A DNA stretch of 64,000 bases from the IMG/VR virus record IMGVR_UViG_3300013126_001527, positions 26,896 to 90,895 of that record; one strand, 5' to 3'. This stretch comes from a virus. Of this stretch, positions 1 through 10,203 are shown piece after piece; the stretch's first letter is position 1; each line of letters starts with the position of its first letter. Made by a program: the position numbers and the translations under genes. The notes beneath the pieces were generated by a model. That model made no database searches. It saw nothing but the letters and a program-made list of their open reading frames with translations, and was not told the origin of the DNA.

Positions 1-267
1 ACTGCTAGTGCTAATGTTAATGTTACTAACAACATTGTATCCGGAAACGTATATGCACAGGGATTTTTCTTATCAGATGGTAGTTTACCTCTTGACAGCT
101 ACACCGAAGATGCCAATTTTACAGGCAATGTGACTGTAGCTAACGTATATGTTCCAACTTCAAATAGCAGTGCAGGCAGCGCAGGTCAAATTGTGTGGGA
201 CACAGATTACCTTTATGTGTGTATTGCAACAGATACATGGAAACGTGCCAATTTGGCAACATGGTAA
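1..267 (+). CDS. 3' end of a tail/fibre structural protein (partial)
   Basis: Frame 1 is open from base 1 to TAA at 265-267. It has N/V/T-rich beta repeats and a C-terminus (GQIVWDTDYLYVCIATDTWKR) typical of phage fibre proteins. Confidence 0.7.
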   Translation, partial: TASANVNVTNNIVSGNVYAQGFFLSDGSLPLDSYTEDANFTGNVTVANVYVPTSNSSAGSAGQIVWDTDYLYVCIATDTWKRANLATW

Positions 268-278
268 TAGGATAAATT

Positions 279-3200
279 ATGGCTTTACCTAAGTGGTTAA
301 CTCCAGCTGGCGTTCTTGGGATTATACCTGAAACTGAGTATTACGAATTTCCGCTAGATGCCTACGATGCTAGTGGTGGTACACTAACCTATCGTTTAGT
401 GTCTGGCAGACTCCCTCCAGGGATACAATTAATTTCAACAGGCCGACTACAGGGCATCCCTATTAGTGAGTTAGGCACAGACATTAACATTGAGTATCGA
501 TTTACTATACGAGTACAAAATAGCTCAACCGGTGGGTTGTCTGACAGAACATTTAGTATTACAATCACTAATGTATTTCCTCCGACTATTATACCAAGAA
601 ATGTTGATTTAGGTCTTTATCTTGATGGTACTGTAGTAGATCTGACCTTAGAGGCCATTGAGTTTACACCAGGCGCTGCACTAACATGGCGATTAGTTGA
701 AGGAGAATTGCCTCCAGGGTTGTCTATTACTACCAGTGGCGTTATACAGGGGTACATAGAACCTATCCCAGAAACAGCAATTAGAACAATATCAGGCAAC
801 GACGAAGGTGGAAATGTCCTATCTTTAACAGGCTGGGGGGTTCACTACTGGAACGAGACAGTTTATTATCCAGATGATTCTAGTGTTGCAATCGGTTGGG
901 CGCCAACTACTCGCGCAGTAAGTAAAAGATTTACCTTTTCAATTGAAGTGTCCGATGGGGTTAACTACGATCGCACAGACTATACATTAGATGTGTTTCC
1001 TCGCAGTAGTTTAACCGCTGACAATGATACACTAACCGTAGATACTACAACAATACAGTCTACATACGCACTGCAAATTGATAGCGGCGCCAAACACGAC
1101 CCAATTATTCTTACCACACAAGACGATCTTGTACCAGTTCGGCAAGGTAGTTTCTTCAGTTTTAACGTAGATGCGCTTGACTTGGATGGTGATAATTTAG
1201 AATATACATTACCAATTGTAGCTAGCGGTGCGTTTGATGAGCAAGATTTTACCAGCACATCTTCGTTAAATTATGTGCCAACTAGTCCTTTGTCTGGTGT
1301 TATATCAGCAGGGGTGTTTCCTAAAACTAGTATATCAAACACACTAGCAACTATTAATTTATATACTGGATATTCTATATCTGCTAACGTAGGAGATTAT
1401 ATTACACAGGCAATCACTGGTGCAAACGCACAAGTTCGTGCCAATGTGATAAACAGTAATCAAGTCACTGTGACTATTTTAAATAGCGGTTTTGCTGAAA
1501 CTAAAGGCAATCTAGCGGTCAATGGGACCGAACTAGTGGTCTCAAGCTACACTAGTGCAACTGCAACGTGGGCAAATGTAGGGGTGATTCCTGAAACTGT
1601 TACCACAGGAGAACCGGAAATTATCGTTGATCGCACTAGCCCGGGATTGTCTCCGGGAGATGCTATTAAAATCCTTGGTTCTAGCGATTTTTGGTACTCT
1701 GCAACTGTAACATCCGACACATCTGTAAAATTATTAGGGAATACTAAAGTAGCAGGCAATGTAGGCGACACATTAACGCAGGCAATCAGTGGCGTAGATG
1801 CTAGTATAAACAGTATCAGTGATACCACTGGGACGCTAACCATCGGTGGCGCCATTTTAGTAGGTACTATTCAAATATTAGGAAATTTAGTTACAGCCAA
1901 TGTGGGAGATTTTGTAACGCAAAATGGATCTTTGGCAAACGCACAGGTTACTAGTAATGTAGTCGACGGCAATAATATTTCCGTAAGATATCTAGTAGGA
2001 TCATTTACTACTGGGTCTGGTAATTTAAAAATTAACGGTGCAAATGTAGCATCGTATCCTGCTTCAATAGTTAGATACTCAAGTACAGTTGGGCTAACTG
2101 CTAACGTAGGTGATTTTATTACCCAACCATCTACAGGAGCAAATGCTCAGATTACTGCCAACATAATTTCAGGGTTAACTGCTCAAGTAGAACTAGTTAG
2201 TGGTGCATTTACCCTAGGATCAGGAAATATCCAACTCAATGGAGCAAACATTAATGCGTATCCAAGTAATGTTACGGCAACCACTGACATTGAGGTTACC
2301 TACAACACCAGTGACGTATTTTACTTAAATTCCACCGAAAGCACTGCAAAAATATTCATAGCAAATACTTCTACAAACAGTACCCCTATTAGTATTAACA
2401 GCGTTGGAATAACTGTTGGAAGTTTAGCAATAGAAGGCACTACGGGATTTGATGAAGGCAAATTTGATCAAGGTACCCTAGCGTTGCCACCCGGGTTGAG
2501 CATCAACCCCGATACTGGGTGGATGACTGGACAACTACCGGCTCAAACAATTAATCAGATTGATTACGATTTTGAAATCTTAGTTAGAAAATCAGATGAT
2601 CCGACATATGAATCAAGTAAACTGTACACACTAACTGTACTTGGTGATTTAAATAATCGAATTAATTGGATCACCCCGAGCAATCTTGGGACTATACAAA
2701 ATGGCAAGGTTAGCGACCTATTTGTAAAAGCATTGTCGACTAAAGGAAAGCCTTTAGTATATTCATTAAAGACCGCTGGAAGTCACAGACTTCCGCAAGG
2801 TCTATCGGTAACGACTAGTGGGTTAATTTCAGGGCGTGTAAGTTTTCAATTATTTGGATTAGATCAAGGGTCAACATCTATCGACGGCGGTGACACTACG
2901 TTTGACAATACTTATACCTTTACCGTGGTTGCAAGTGACATTGATCGCACAGTGTCTGCTGAAAGAACATTTACTATACAAGTAATTAATAGAAACATCA
3001 AACCATACGAGAATCTGTACCTTAAAGCTCTAACCTCTTACGATCAACGACAATATTTTGATAGTATTGTGCAGAATCGTACAGTATTCCCACAAGAACT
3101 TATATACAGAGGTGAAGATCCGTGGTTTGGTATTGCTAGAGATATCAAAACATTATTTTTGGCGGGCTTAGAACCAAGTACATTAGAAGAATATATACAG

Positions 3201-4409
3201 GCCGCAGATACTAACCACTTCACAAAACGATTAACATTTGGTGATGTAAAAACTGCGCAAGCACTTGATGAGAATTTTAATGTAAAGTATGAGGTTGTAT
3301 ACCTAGAGATTTTTGACGAGAATACAAATGCAGAGGGAAGTGGCCCTGCAGATGTTATAGATTTAACAGGTCGACTTGAAACTCCATATTACGATGAACA
3401 AGGCAACGATTATACTATTGCTTACCCTAATTCATTTACTAACATGAGTTCTGTTATAGTGGCTGGTTTGGGCTATGCTAACAAAGGCGCCTTGCCAGAC
3501 TGGATGACTAGTCGGCAACCCAATGGTCGACAACTTGGATTTGTAAGATCAGTTGTTCTAGCATATACAGTGCCAGGGGCTAGCGATCTGATTGCATACC
3601 GTTTTAGAGAACAAAATTATCAACTAAACTCCATTGATTTTTCAGTAGATCGTTATCAAGTTGATAATAGTTATAGTGAAAATTTTGACATTAGTGCTGG
3701 CGCATTTTTGACTAGTACAGAGACAACATTTGATCGATATCCAGCACTTTCTAATGTTTTTGCTGACAAAGGTGTTGTCGATTATGCAAGCCCTCTATCT
3801 TTTGAAGACATCAATAATCGTAGCTTAACAAGTATCAGAAGTCTTGGTGGAATCGACGGTATTAACAACATTAAAACCGGTGATCGATTAGTGTTTGGAT
3901 CACAAGAATTTCGCAAGGGGCAAAATGATATTGGGGATTATAACCAGGGATGGAGTAGAGTAGAAACCCTCTGGGATGGTGAAATTTGGGATAACAGTCA
4001 AGGAACCAGTACTACTAGTGACGATTTAGGTTGGGATGCGGCTAGCTATGTCTCTGGTTACAACGAACACAATCTTGATCTAACAGTTAATAATGAACGT
4101 ATTGGCATTTGGGAAGTTTTGATAACTGATCAGATTGTCACATTATCGTTTGTTGAAACTATGGAATTTTATGATAAAGTCTATGTCAGAAACGGTCTGA
4201 CCTATGGGGGTACTAATATATACTACGATCCTGTTATCAAACAAGGTAATCTGATTCCGAATTATAGTATTATACCTCAACAAATTAAAACAACGTACAC
4301 TAGCTTTGATGGTAACGGTACTCGATTCTTTGACTATCGAGATGAATACACCGAACCTGAAAGCGGTGATAAATACATTAAATTTCCCAAACTCGGAGTG
4401 TTTAATTAA
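279..4409 (+). CDS. Large baseplate wedge-like structural protein with Ig-like repeats
   Basis: 1376 aa. Repeated G.LPPGL...G.I.G Ig-like units, internal ANVGD.ITQ repeats, TTFD motifs; structural-gene context. Confidence 0.7.
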   Translation: MALPKWLTPAGVLGIIPETEYYEFPLDAYDASGGTLTYRLVSGRLPPGIQLISTGRLQGIPISELGTDINIEYRFTIRVQNSSTGGLSDRTFSITITNVFPPTIIPRNVDLGLYLDGTVVDLTLEAIEFTPGAALTWRLVEGELPPGLSITTSGVIQGYIEPIPETAIRTISGNDEGGNVLSLTGWGVHYWNETVYYPDDSSVAIGWAPTTRAVSKRFTFSIEVSDGVNYDRTDYTLDVFPRSSLTADNDTLTVDTTTIQSTYALQIDSGAKHDPIILTTQDDLVPVRQGSFFSFNVDALDLDGDNLEYTLPIVASGAFDEQDFTSTSSLNYVPTSPLSGVISAGVFPKTSISNTLATINLYTGYSISANVGDYITQAITGANAQVRANVINSNQVTVTILNSGFAETKGNLAVNGTELVVSSYTSATATWANVGVIPETVTTGEPEIIVDRTSPGLSPGDAIKILGSSDFWYSATVTSDTSVKLLGNTKVAGNVGDTLTQAISGVDASINSISDTTGTLTIGGAILVGTIQILGNLVTANVGDFVTQNGSLANAQVTSNVVDGNNISVRYLVGSFTTGSGNLKINGANVASYPASIVRYSSTVGLTANVGDFITQPSTGANAQITANIISGLTAQVELVSGAFTLGSGNIQLNGANINAYPSNVTATTDIEVTYNTSDVFYLNSTESTAKIFIANTSTNSTPISINSVGITVGSLAIEGTTGFDEGKFDQGTLALPPGLSINPDTGWMTGQLPAQTINQIDYDFEILVRKSDDPTYESSKLYTLTVLGDLNNRINWITPSNLGTIQNGKVSDLFVKALSTKGKPLVYSLKTAGSHRLPQGLSVTTSGLISGRVSFQLFGLDQGSTSIDGGDTTFDNTYTFTVVASDIDRTVSAERTFTIQVINRNIKPYENLYLKALTSYDQRQYFDSIVQNRTVFPQELIYRGEDPWFGIARDIKTLFLAGLEPSTLEEYIQAADTNHFTKRLTFGDVKTAQALDENFNVKYEVVYLEIFDENTNAEGSGPADVIDLTGRLETPYYDEQGNDYTIAYPNSFTNMSSVIVAGLGYANKGALPDWMTSRQPNGRQLGFVRSVVLAYTVPGASDLIAYRFREQNYQLNSIDFSVDRYQVDNSYSENFDISAGAFLTSTETTFDRYPALSNVFADKGVVDYASPLSFEDINNRSLTSIRSLGGIDGINNIKTGDRLVFGSQEFRKGQNDIGDYNQGWSRVETLWDGEIWDNSQGTSTTSDDLGWDAASYVSGYNEHNLDLTVNNERIGIWEVLITDQIVTLSFVETMEFYDKVYVRNGLTYGGTNIYYDPVIKQGNLIPNYSIIPQQIKTTYTSFDGNGTRFFDYRDEYTEPESGDKYIKFPKLGVFN

Positions 4410-4411
4410 TT

Positions 4412-5299
4412 ATGTCATCAATTAACCCAAATAACATCAACGGCGGCTACCCTATTGCCGGTCAAGACAACGACAGCCAAGGCTTCCGTGATAATTTTAC
4501 GAATATTAAAAACAACTTAACATTCGCTAAAACAGAGATCGAAGATCTACAAAATAATGCTATATTAAAGAGTGCATTAGCTGGTACTGTCTTAGATAAC
4601 AATTTAAATAACAGCATTCTTAAAGGTGCCCAGCTTCTTAAAACAACTGAAACTATCAACGATCTAGGTTCACTAAGCGGAACAGTTGAAGTTAGTTGGA
4701 ACGATGCACATTTCCAACTAGTAACGTTAACCGGCAGTATCACTGCATTAACGCTTGCAGATTGGCCTACTAGTGGTTTTTGGACCAAATTAAGATTAGC
4801 GGTTGTAATCAACAATACCGCACACACACTAACACTAGATTCAAGCTCAACTACCTATTTAGGACTTAGTGACATCCAAGGAGCGAGTGGGTATACTATC
4901 ACTTTCCCAAAGACTGGTACATACGTTTTTGAGTTTAGTACTTACAACAATGGTACTGATGTCTTAGTACAAGAACTTACTCGCAATCGTAGCGTTCGAG
5001 TAACTGACTATCAGTATTTGACGCCAGCAAATGCAAGTATCGCAAATGTAAGTCCAACTGTATCTACAGTTATTATCGAACCTGCCACTGTTATTGATGA
5101 AGCAAATATTCGCATGCCAGGGAATACTCAAGTTATCGATGGACAAACTATTAGTTTTGCTTTTGGTAATACAATCACCGCAGTTACACACTACGGAAAT
5201 GGTGCAACTATACTTGGTGGACTGACTAGTGCTAGCACTTCCACTGAAGCAAAATATGTATTCAAATCATCAACAAATTCTTGGTACCGAATGGGTTAA
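4412..5299 (+). CDS. Virion structural (baseplate/tail) protein
   Basis: 295 aa. N-terminal YPIAGQDNDSQGFRDNF...EIEDLQ motif typical of large myophage tail proteins; beta-rich body. Confidence 0.6.
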   Translation: MSSINPNNINGGYPIAGQDNDSQGFRDNFTNIKNNLTFAKTEIEDLQNNAILKSALAGTVLDNNLNNSILKGAQLLKTTETINDLGSLSGTVEVSWNDAHFQLVTLTGSITALTLADWPTSGFWTKLRLAVVINNTAHTLTLDSSSTTYLGLSDIQGASGYTITFPKTGTYVFEFSTYNNGTDVLVQELTRNRSVRVTDYQYLTPANASIANVSPTVSTVIIEPATVIDEANIRMPGNTQVIDGQTISFAFGNTITAVTHYGNGATILGGLTSASTSTEAKYVFKSSTNSWYRMG

Positions 5300-5320
5300 T
5301 GATTAATTAAACCAAAACGA

Positions 5321-5349
5321 TTGACTCCTTATTTGTATTGTTTTATTAT
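5321..5349 (+). promoter_or_regulatory. Sigma70-type promoter overlapping an RBS-sequestering inverted repeat
   Basis: TTGACT-17 nt-TATTAT. ACTCCTTAT (5324-5332) is complementary to ATAAGGAGT (5356-5364). Confidence 0.6.
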
Positions 5350-5372
5350 AATACTATAAGGAGTTTTCTTTT

Positions 5373-5780
5373 ATGCAAATCGATTTAAACAAATATCAAG
5401 AATTCGTAGAAGCAGTTACATCCGGCGAATCCAATCATCCGGGACAATTTATCAACCAAATTCAACATATTCGCTCTAGTACAAATGTTAATCCAAGCCT
5501 ATTACTCACAGCCGCAATTGGACTAGCTGCAGAAACAGGCGAATTTGCCGAAATACCTAAAAAAATCTTGTTTCAAGGCAAACCAGTAAACGAAGAAAGC
5601 CTATTCCACATGAAGCGCGAACTAGGCGACATTATGTGGTACTGGGTTAATGCTTGTCGTGCGCTCAATCTAGATCCAAATGATGTTATTGCTGAAAATG
5701 TGCGTAAGTTAGAAGCTCGGTATCCGGGCGGTGCATTTGACCCATACTACAGCGAGAATAGGAAACAAGGAGATTTGTAA
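5373..5780 (+). CDS. mazG: MazG-like NTP pyrophosphohydrolase
   Basis: GLAAETGEFAE and KRELGDIMWY motifs, plus NVRKLEARYP. Confidence 0.85.
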   Translation: MQIDLNKYQEFVEAVTSGESNHPGQFINQIQHIRSSTNVNPSLLLTAAIGLAAETGEFAEIPKKILFQGKPVNEESLFHMKRELGDIMWYWVNACRALNLDPNDVIAENVRKLEARYPGGAFDPYYSENRKQGDL

Positions 5781-6019
5781 TGCATCCACTGGCTCCAGAT
5801 TTATCTAAATTAACTGAAGACGAATTGCACCAGAAACGTGCCGAGTTAAACAATAGACTAATGTTTGCATATCGAATGGGGCAAGGAGACATGATTGGTC
5901 AAATACAAATGCTGGTAAATGATTACGACATGGAAATACAAAAGCGTAATCAAAAGATTCTCGACGATTTGAGCAAAAACAACAAAAATTTTAACGACAA
6001 GATCAATATTGGGCGATGA
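5780..6019 (+). CDS. Hypothetical helical protein
   Basis: 79 aa ORF coupled to both neighbours by overlapping stop/start codons. Confidence 0.7.
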   Translation: MHPLAPDLSKLTEDELHQKRAELNNRLMFAYRMGQGDMIGQIQMLVNDYDMEIQKRNQKILDDLSKNNKNFNDKINIGR

Positions 6020-6528
6020 AATACGATCAATACGGCCGTGCCTATACGGAAAGTAGCGAACTGTGTAACTTACTGTATAGAAACCCTGACTTAGATTTAA
6101 GTCTATTTCAGGTTGAAGATCCGCAAGAATATAACAAAAGCCGCAGTGAGTTACATGCAGAAATGCCATATTTACGAGGGTATGTTGAGTTAGGTGAAAC
6201 AGTTAGTTTTTTTGATAACCGTTGGCAAAGTAAGTGGCACATGCCTGAAGAATATAAGCAATTAGATATTGCTGAATATGTCTTAGGCTTGTGTAAAGAA
6301 GATTATGAACTACAGCGTGTAGGTGAAGAATTGTTGCTATTTCAAGAACGTGATTTATTCAATCTACTACGATACTTAAAATATCTAGTAGACACTCTAC
6401 GCAAACATAATGTTGTTTGGGGTGTAGGTCGTGGTAGTAGTGTAGCAAGCTATGTGTTATTCCTAATAGGAGTACATAAAATTGATTCACTGTTCTATAA
6501 TCTTGATATCAGAGAATTTCTCAAATAA
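6016..6528 (+). CDS. DNA polymerase III alpha (DnaE)-like fragment
   Basis: 170 aa containing the DnaE palm-proximal motif WGVGRGSSVASYVLFLIGVHKID. Confidence 0.75.
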   Translation: MKYDQYGRAYTESSELCNLLYRNPDLDLSLFQVEDPQEYNKSRSELHAEMPYLRGYVELGETVSFFDNRWQSKWHMPEEYKQLDIAEYVLGLCKEDYELQRVGEELLLFQERDLFNLLRYLKYLVDTLRKHNVVWGVGRGSSVASYVLFLIGVHKIDSLFYNLDIREFLK

Positions 6529-6554
6529 ATATACGCATATAATAGGAGATTATT

Positions 6555-6968
6555 ATGTCTAAAATGTACAGATCGGCAATGGGCAAACCCATTGATCTTG
6601 ATATGATTCGTCTAGCAAACGAAGATGTTATTGCAGTAGGCAATATGCGAGTTAATGCTCGCGGTGACGAATTAGGTCCAGGTGGCAAGGTTGTAAAAAC
6701 TCGATCTCAAGCTATGAGAGAATTTCACAAACTAAACACACCTGTTGCAGCAGATGATGAAATCTTAACCAGCGCACCAAAAATACAAAAACCTGCTGGG
6801 AAAATGGTTGCTCCTGTAGCAGAAGATACTCCGGTAGTAACGTCGTCAAATAAACCTCGAGGCAGCTTTGCTGAGTCTATTGCTACTGAGACTGAGGTAA
6901 CTACAGAGCTACTAGATCCAGCCCCGTTACTAGGCAGCAACAAAGACCAAGGTGTTCAACGTATTTAA
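6555..6968 (+). CDS. Hypothetical protein
   Basis: 137 aa; AGGAG RBS; TAAATA upstream; AVGNMRVNARGDELGPGG segment. Confidence 0.7.
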   Translation: MSKMYRSAMGKPIDLDMIRLANEDVIAVGNMRVNARGDELGPGGKVVKTRSQAMREFHKLNTPVAADDEILTSAPKIQKPAGKMVAPVAEDTPVVTSSNKPRGSFAESIATETEVTTELLDPAPLLGSNKDQGVQRI

Positions 6969-6976
6969 AGGTATAT

Positions 6977-7327
6977 ATGAGTTTCGATCCAGTAAAAATC
7001 AAATCAATTCGTGCTATAAAAGATCATATTATTGTAACAGATATGAACTTTGATCAAAAAATCAGTCACGGTGGCATTATTATTCCTACGGGTGACGGTA
7101 AACTAGAAGGGGTGCATCCTCGTTGGGCCCAAGTGTACGCCATTGGCCCAACCCAAAAAGATATACGTGTAGGACAATACGTTTGTGTTAAACATGGGCG
7201 TTGGACTCGAGGTCTTGACATTGAAGACCCGTCTGGCAGTTATACTATCAGACGAGTTGATCCAAAAGATATTCTATTGGTTAGTAATGATCCAATGTCT
7301 GATGAAACTATCGGTCGAGGATTATAA
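6977..7327 (+). CDS. groES: GroES-like co-chaperonin
   Basis: Pattern of cpn10: IRAIKDHIIV, GGIIIP mobile loop, VYAIGP, IRVGQ, DILLV. Confidence 0.75.
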   Translation: MSFDPVKIKSIRAIKDHIIVTDMNFDQKISHGGIIIPTGDGKLEGVHPRWAQVYAIGPTQKDIRVGQYVCVKHGRWTRGLDIEDPSGSYTIRRVDPKDILLVSNDPMSDETIGRGL

Positions 7328-7579
7328 TTGAACGATAGTGATAATATCACTGATTTAACCAATCTTAGTTCCGATGGTGCACAAGTAGCAAGGTTTATTC
7401 ATGATCTTGCTAATATGTGTCGTAGCCCTTATACTGATGCATTTACCCAATGCCATTGTAAACATCAACTTTATCTGTTAAAATGTTTTATAGAAGATCA
7501 GTTCAAAGATCTGCCCGAATTTCCACAACAGGAAAAAGAGTGGGAACAAGAACGTTTAATTGAGGTATTAAAGAAATGA
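7328..7579 (+). CDS. Hypothetical protein
   Basis: 83 aa ORF (TTG start) in a co-oriented run. Confidence 0.55.
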   Translation: MNDSDNITDLTNLSSDGAQVARFIHDLANMCRSPYTDAFTQCHCKHQLYLLKCFIEDQFKDLPEFPQQEKEWEQERLIEVLKK

Positions 7580-7734
7580 ATCATCCAGATCCAATTTGGC
7601 ATCGTAATATTAGTTTTATAAAAAGTGCCTTGCGCATTTTAGCAGGGTTTGTGTTATGTTTTAATGCGTATATTAGCGCAGGTGTATTATTAATTTTAGC
7701 AGAAATTTTAGGAATTGTAGAGGAGTTAGTGTGA
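7576..7734 (+). CDS. Small membrane protein (52 aa, not in ORF track)
   Basis: Hand translation MNHPDPIWHRNISFIKSALRILAG...AEILGIVEELV; overlaps both neighbours by 4 nt. Confidence 0.65.
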   Translation: MNHPDPIWHRNISFIKSALRILAGFVLCFNAYISAGVLLILAEILGIVEELV

Positions 7735-8657
7735 AACAACTTTGGGTAGAACAGTATAGACCAAAAACTGTAGACGGGTATGTGTTCCAAGACGATAGTA
7801 TGAAGGAGCAGGTACAAAGTTGGATTAAAGCAGGCATGATTCCGCACCTATTACTACATGGCGGCCCAGGTACCGGTAAAACAACATTAGCACGTATGCT
7901 GATTAACGAACTGGGGGTTGATGAATATGATGTTATGTTTGCTAATGGTAGTAAAGAGGCACGTAAAGTAGAATGGGTAGACAAATTAATTAGTTTCTGT
8001 CAGACTATGCCATTTGGCACCTTCAAGGTTGTGTTAATTGACGAAGCTGATTATATGAATCCGGTAAGTGTTCAACCAGCATTACGTAACCTAATGGAAG
8101 AGTACAGCGACAGTGTTCGATTCATTCTTACCTGCAACTATCCAAATAAAATCTTGCCACCAATACATAGTCGTTGTCAAAGTATCCATGTAAACAAAGC
8201 TGACCACACAGAGTTCACAGCACGTGTAGCCACTGTATTAGTTGAGGAAGGCATAGAGTTTGACCTAGACACACTAGACAACTATGTTCGTGCTACCTAT
8301 CCAGATCTGCGTAAGTGTTTAAATCTTGTACAGCAAAACTCTACAGACAATAAATTACGCAGTCCTAAAGAAGGTGACAAAGCTGTAGGTGACTGGAAAC
8401 TTGACTGCGTATCATTATTTAAAGCAGGTAAAATTCGTGAGGCACGTAAACTCTTATGTGAGCAAGCAGAAGCAGAAGAGATGGATGGTGTTTTTCGTTG
8501 GATGTACGATAACTTAGATCTATGGAGTAAAACCGAAGAAGGTCAAGATGAAGCAATTACTATCATTCGCAAAGGCCTAGTGAATCATAGTATGGTAGCA
8601 GATGCTGAGATCAATTTAAGTGCTACACTTGTTGAACTAAGTCAAATAGGATCCTAA
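7731..8657 (+). CDS. Clamp loader AAA+ subunit (T4 gp44/RFC-like)
   Basis: WVEQYRP, Walker A GGPGTGKT, Walker B IDEAD, SRC motif. Confidence 0.92.
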   Translation: MKQLWVEQYRPKTVDGYVFQDDSMKEQVQSWIKAGMIPHLLLHGGPGTGKTTLARMLINELGVDEYDVMFANGSKEARKVEWVDKLISFCQTMPFGTFKVVLIDEADYMNPVSVQPALRNLMEEYSDSVRFILTCNYPNKILPPIHSRCQSIHVNKADHTEFTARVATVLVEEGIEFDLDTLDNYVRATYPDLRKCLNLVQQNSTDNKLRSPKEGDKAVGDWKLDCVSLFKAGKIREARKLLCEQAEAEEMDGVFRWMYDNLDLWSKTEEGQDEAITIIRKGLVNHSMVADAEINLSATLVELSQIGS

Positions 8658-8658
8658 T

Positions 8659-8973
8659 ATGGCAGATTTAAACATTTATCTATTAGCAAAATACTCAGGT
8701 CAACCTAAAGACCCTAAACGCACTGCACAGCCAGGTTACATGAGCAATCCAGACAATATTCACTATGAAGAGCAAGTATATTTGGCTCGTGGGTTGAAGC
8801 AAAAAGACCTCCAAAATCAGGTTGTTTTGAACCTAACTGAGCAAAAAATAGTCAAAAATAACTTCAATCCTGGCAAAAACTTTGAGGAAATTTTTACTCA
8901 CTACTATGAAGCTTATCCAACATATATCGATGACTGTGTAAATCAATTAAATGAAGCGTACCAAATTAAGTGA
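8659..8973 (+). CDS. Hypothetical protein
   Basis: 104 aa ORF in operon. Confidence 0.65.
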   Translation: MADLNIYLLAKYSGQPKDPKRTAQPGYMSNPDNIHYEEQVYLARGLKQKDLQNQVVLNLTEQKIVKNNFNPGKNFEEIFTHYYEAYPTYIDDCVNQLNEAYQIK

Positions 8974-9271
8974 TTGCGGCAGTCGCGGGTGGTTTATAGG
9001 TGATTTTGCAGGAAGTGTATGGCCTACTAAAGATTTTGAAATATGCTATCAAAAGAATTCCCGTAGTCAAACAGCTAGCCATATTCATAAAATTGCCCAC
9101 GAAATTACCCTAGTAATCAGTGGGCGACAGATCTGCAATGGCGAAATGTTTACCGCCGGGGATATTTGTATATTAGAGCCCGGCGATATTAGTCAAATTG
9201 AATATCTAGAGGAAACTGAAGTGGTTACTATTAAAGTACCGAGTGTTCCCTCTGACAAGCATTATCTATAA
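8951..9271 (+). CDS. Cupin-fold protein
   Basis: HIHKIAHEITLVISG and GDICILEPG cupin motifs. Confidence 0.7.
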   Translation: MKRTKLSDCGSRGWFIGDFAGSVWPTKDFEICYQKNSRSQTASHIHKIAHEITLVISGRQICNGEMFTAGDICILEPGDISQIEYLEETEVVTIKVPSVPSDKHYL

Positions 9272-10015
9272 TTAAACTTCTCCGTAAATATGTAACACCT
9301 CCTTTACTGCGGGATGACGCATAATATCTCTATTTGCAAATTCAACACCGGCTACATACTTACTATGTTGGTATGCGGCAACAAGACCTTTAAAGTCCAG
9401 TAACCCGTTGTCGTCTTCTCTACGGTCTGCCTGACGTGTATCGCCTGTAACAACTATCTTGGAGTTTTCACCGAGTCGCGTTAGGAGCATCTTCATCTGT
9501 CCAGGAGTGGCGTTTTGCATTTCATCTGCTACTATCCAACTATCCTTAAAAGTGCGACCTCTCATGAATGCTAGTGGAGCTATCTCTATTATTTGTTCGT
9601 CTATCATTCTGGCTACTTCTTTTGGGCTATAATACTCTGCAAATACATCAAACAGAGGTCTAGTCCAAGGTTCCATTTTAGCGTTAATATCACCTGGTAG
9701 GAAACCATGCTTCTCATCATCCACTCCTACCGCCGGACGAGTCATTACAATTTTCTTCACCTCCCCTTCTTTATATGCTTTAATGCCGGCTAATACGGCT
9801 AACATGGTTTTACCCGTACCGGCAGGACCTGTAGCAAAAACAATACTCTTGCTATCGTCCGATAATAATTCAATGTATGCTTCTTGATTTAGACTTTTTG
9901 GGATTAATGTTACTGATTTGCGTTGTTGTACATAATTGTTAAAACTTATCACGGTATTATCTACTACAAATGCTTGGGTGTTATTACTACGACTACTTCT
10001 GCGATGTCTTGGCAT
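9272..10015 (-). CDS. phoH: PhoH-like ATPase
   Basis: GPAGTGKT, GFLPG, PLAFMRGRTF, DEMQN, LTRLGENSK, GDTRQ. Likely start is MPRH at 10015 (track gives 10054). Confidence 0.93.
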   Translation of the reverse strand: MPRHRRSSRSNNTQAFVVDNTVISFNNYVQQRKSVTLIPKSLNQEAYIELLSDDSKSIVFATGPAGTGKTMLAVLAGIKAYKEGEVKKIVMTRPAVGVDDEKHGFLPGDINAKMEPWTRPLFDVFAEYYSPKEVARMIDEQIIEIAPLAFMRGRTFKDSWIVADEMQNATPGQMKMLLTRLGENSKIVVTGDTRQADRREDDNGLLDFKGLVAAYQHSKYVAGVEFANRDIMRHPAVKEVLHIYGEV

Positions 10016-10174
10016 ACTGCTCCTCTTTCTCGTTGAAATGTAGATTAAAGGCATCTACACAGATATTTAAGAATCCATAGCAAGAAGTAAAGTTAACAGT
10101 TAAATCTAAATTCTCATGGCTAAATATTAAGCTCTTGTAAGAATCCTTTCTGCAATACTCATTTACTATTCTGA

Positions 10175-10182
10175 TATAAATA
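10175..10182 (+). promoter_or_regulatory. T4-type late promoter TATAAATA
   Basis: Perfect match in the divergent intergenic region upstream of 10204. Confidence 0.7.
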
Positions 10183-10203
10183 CTTAAAACGAGTTGAATA
10201 ACC

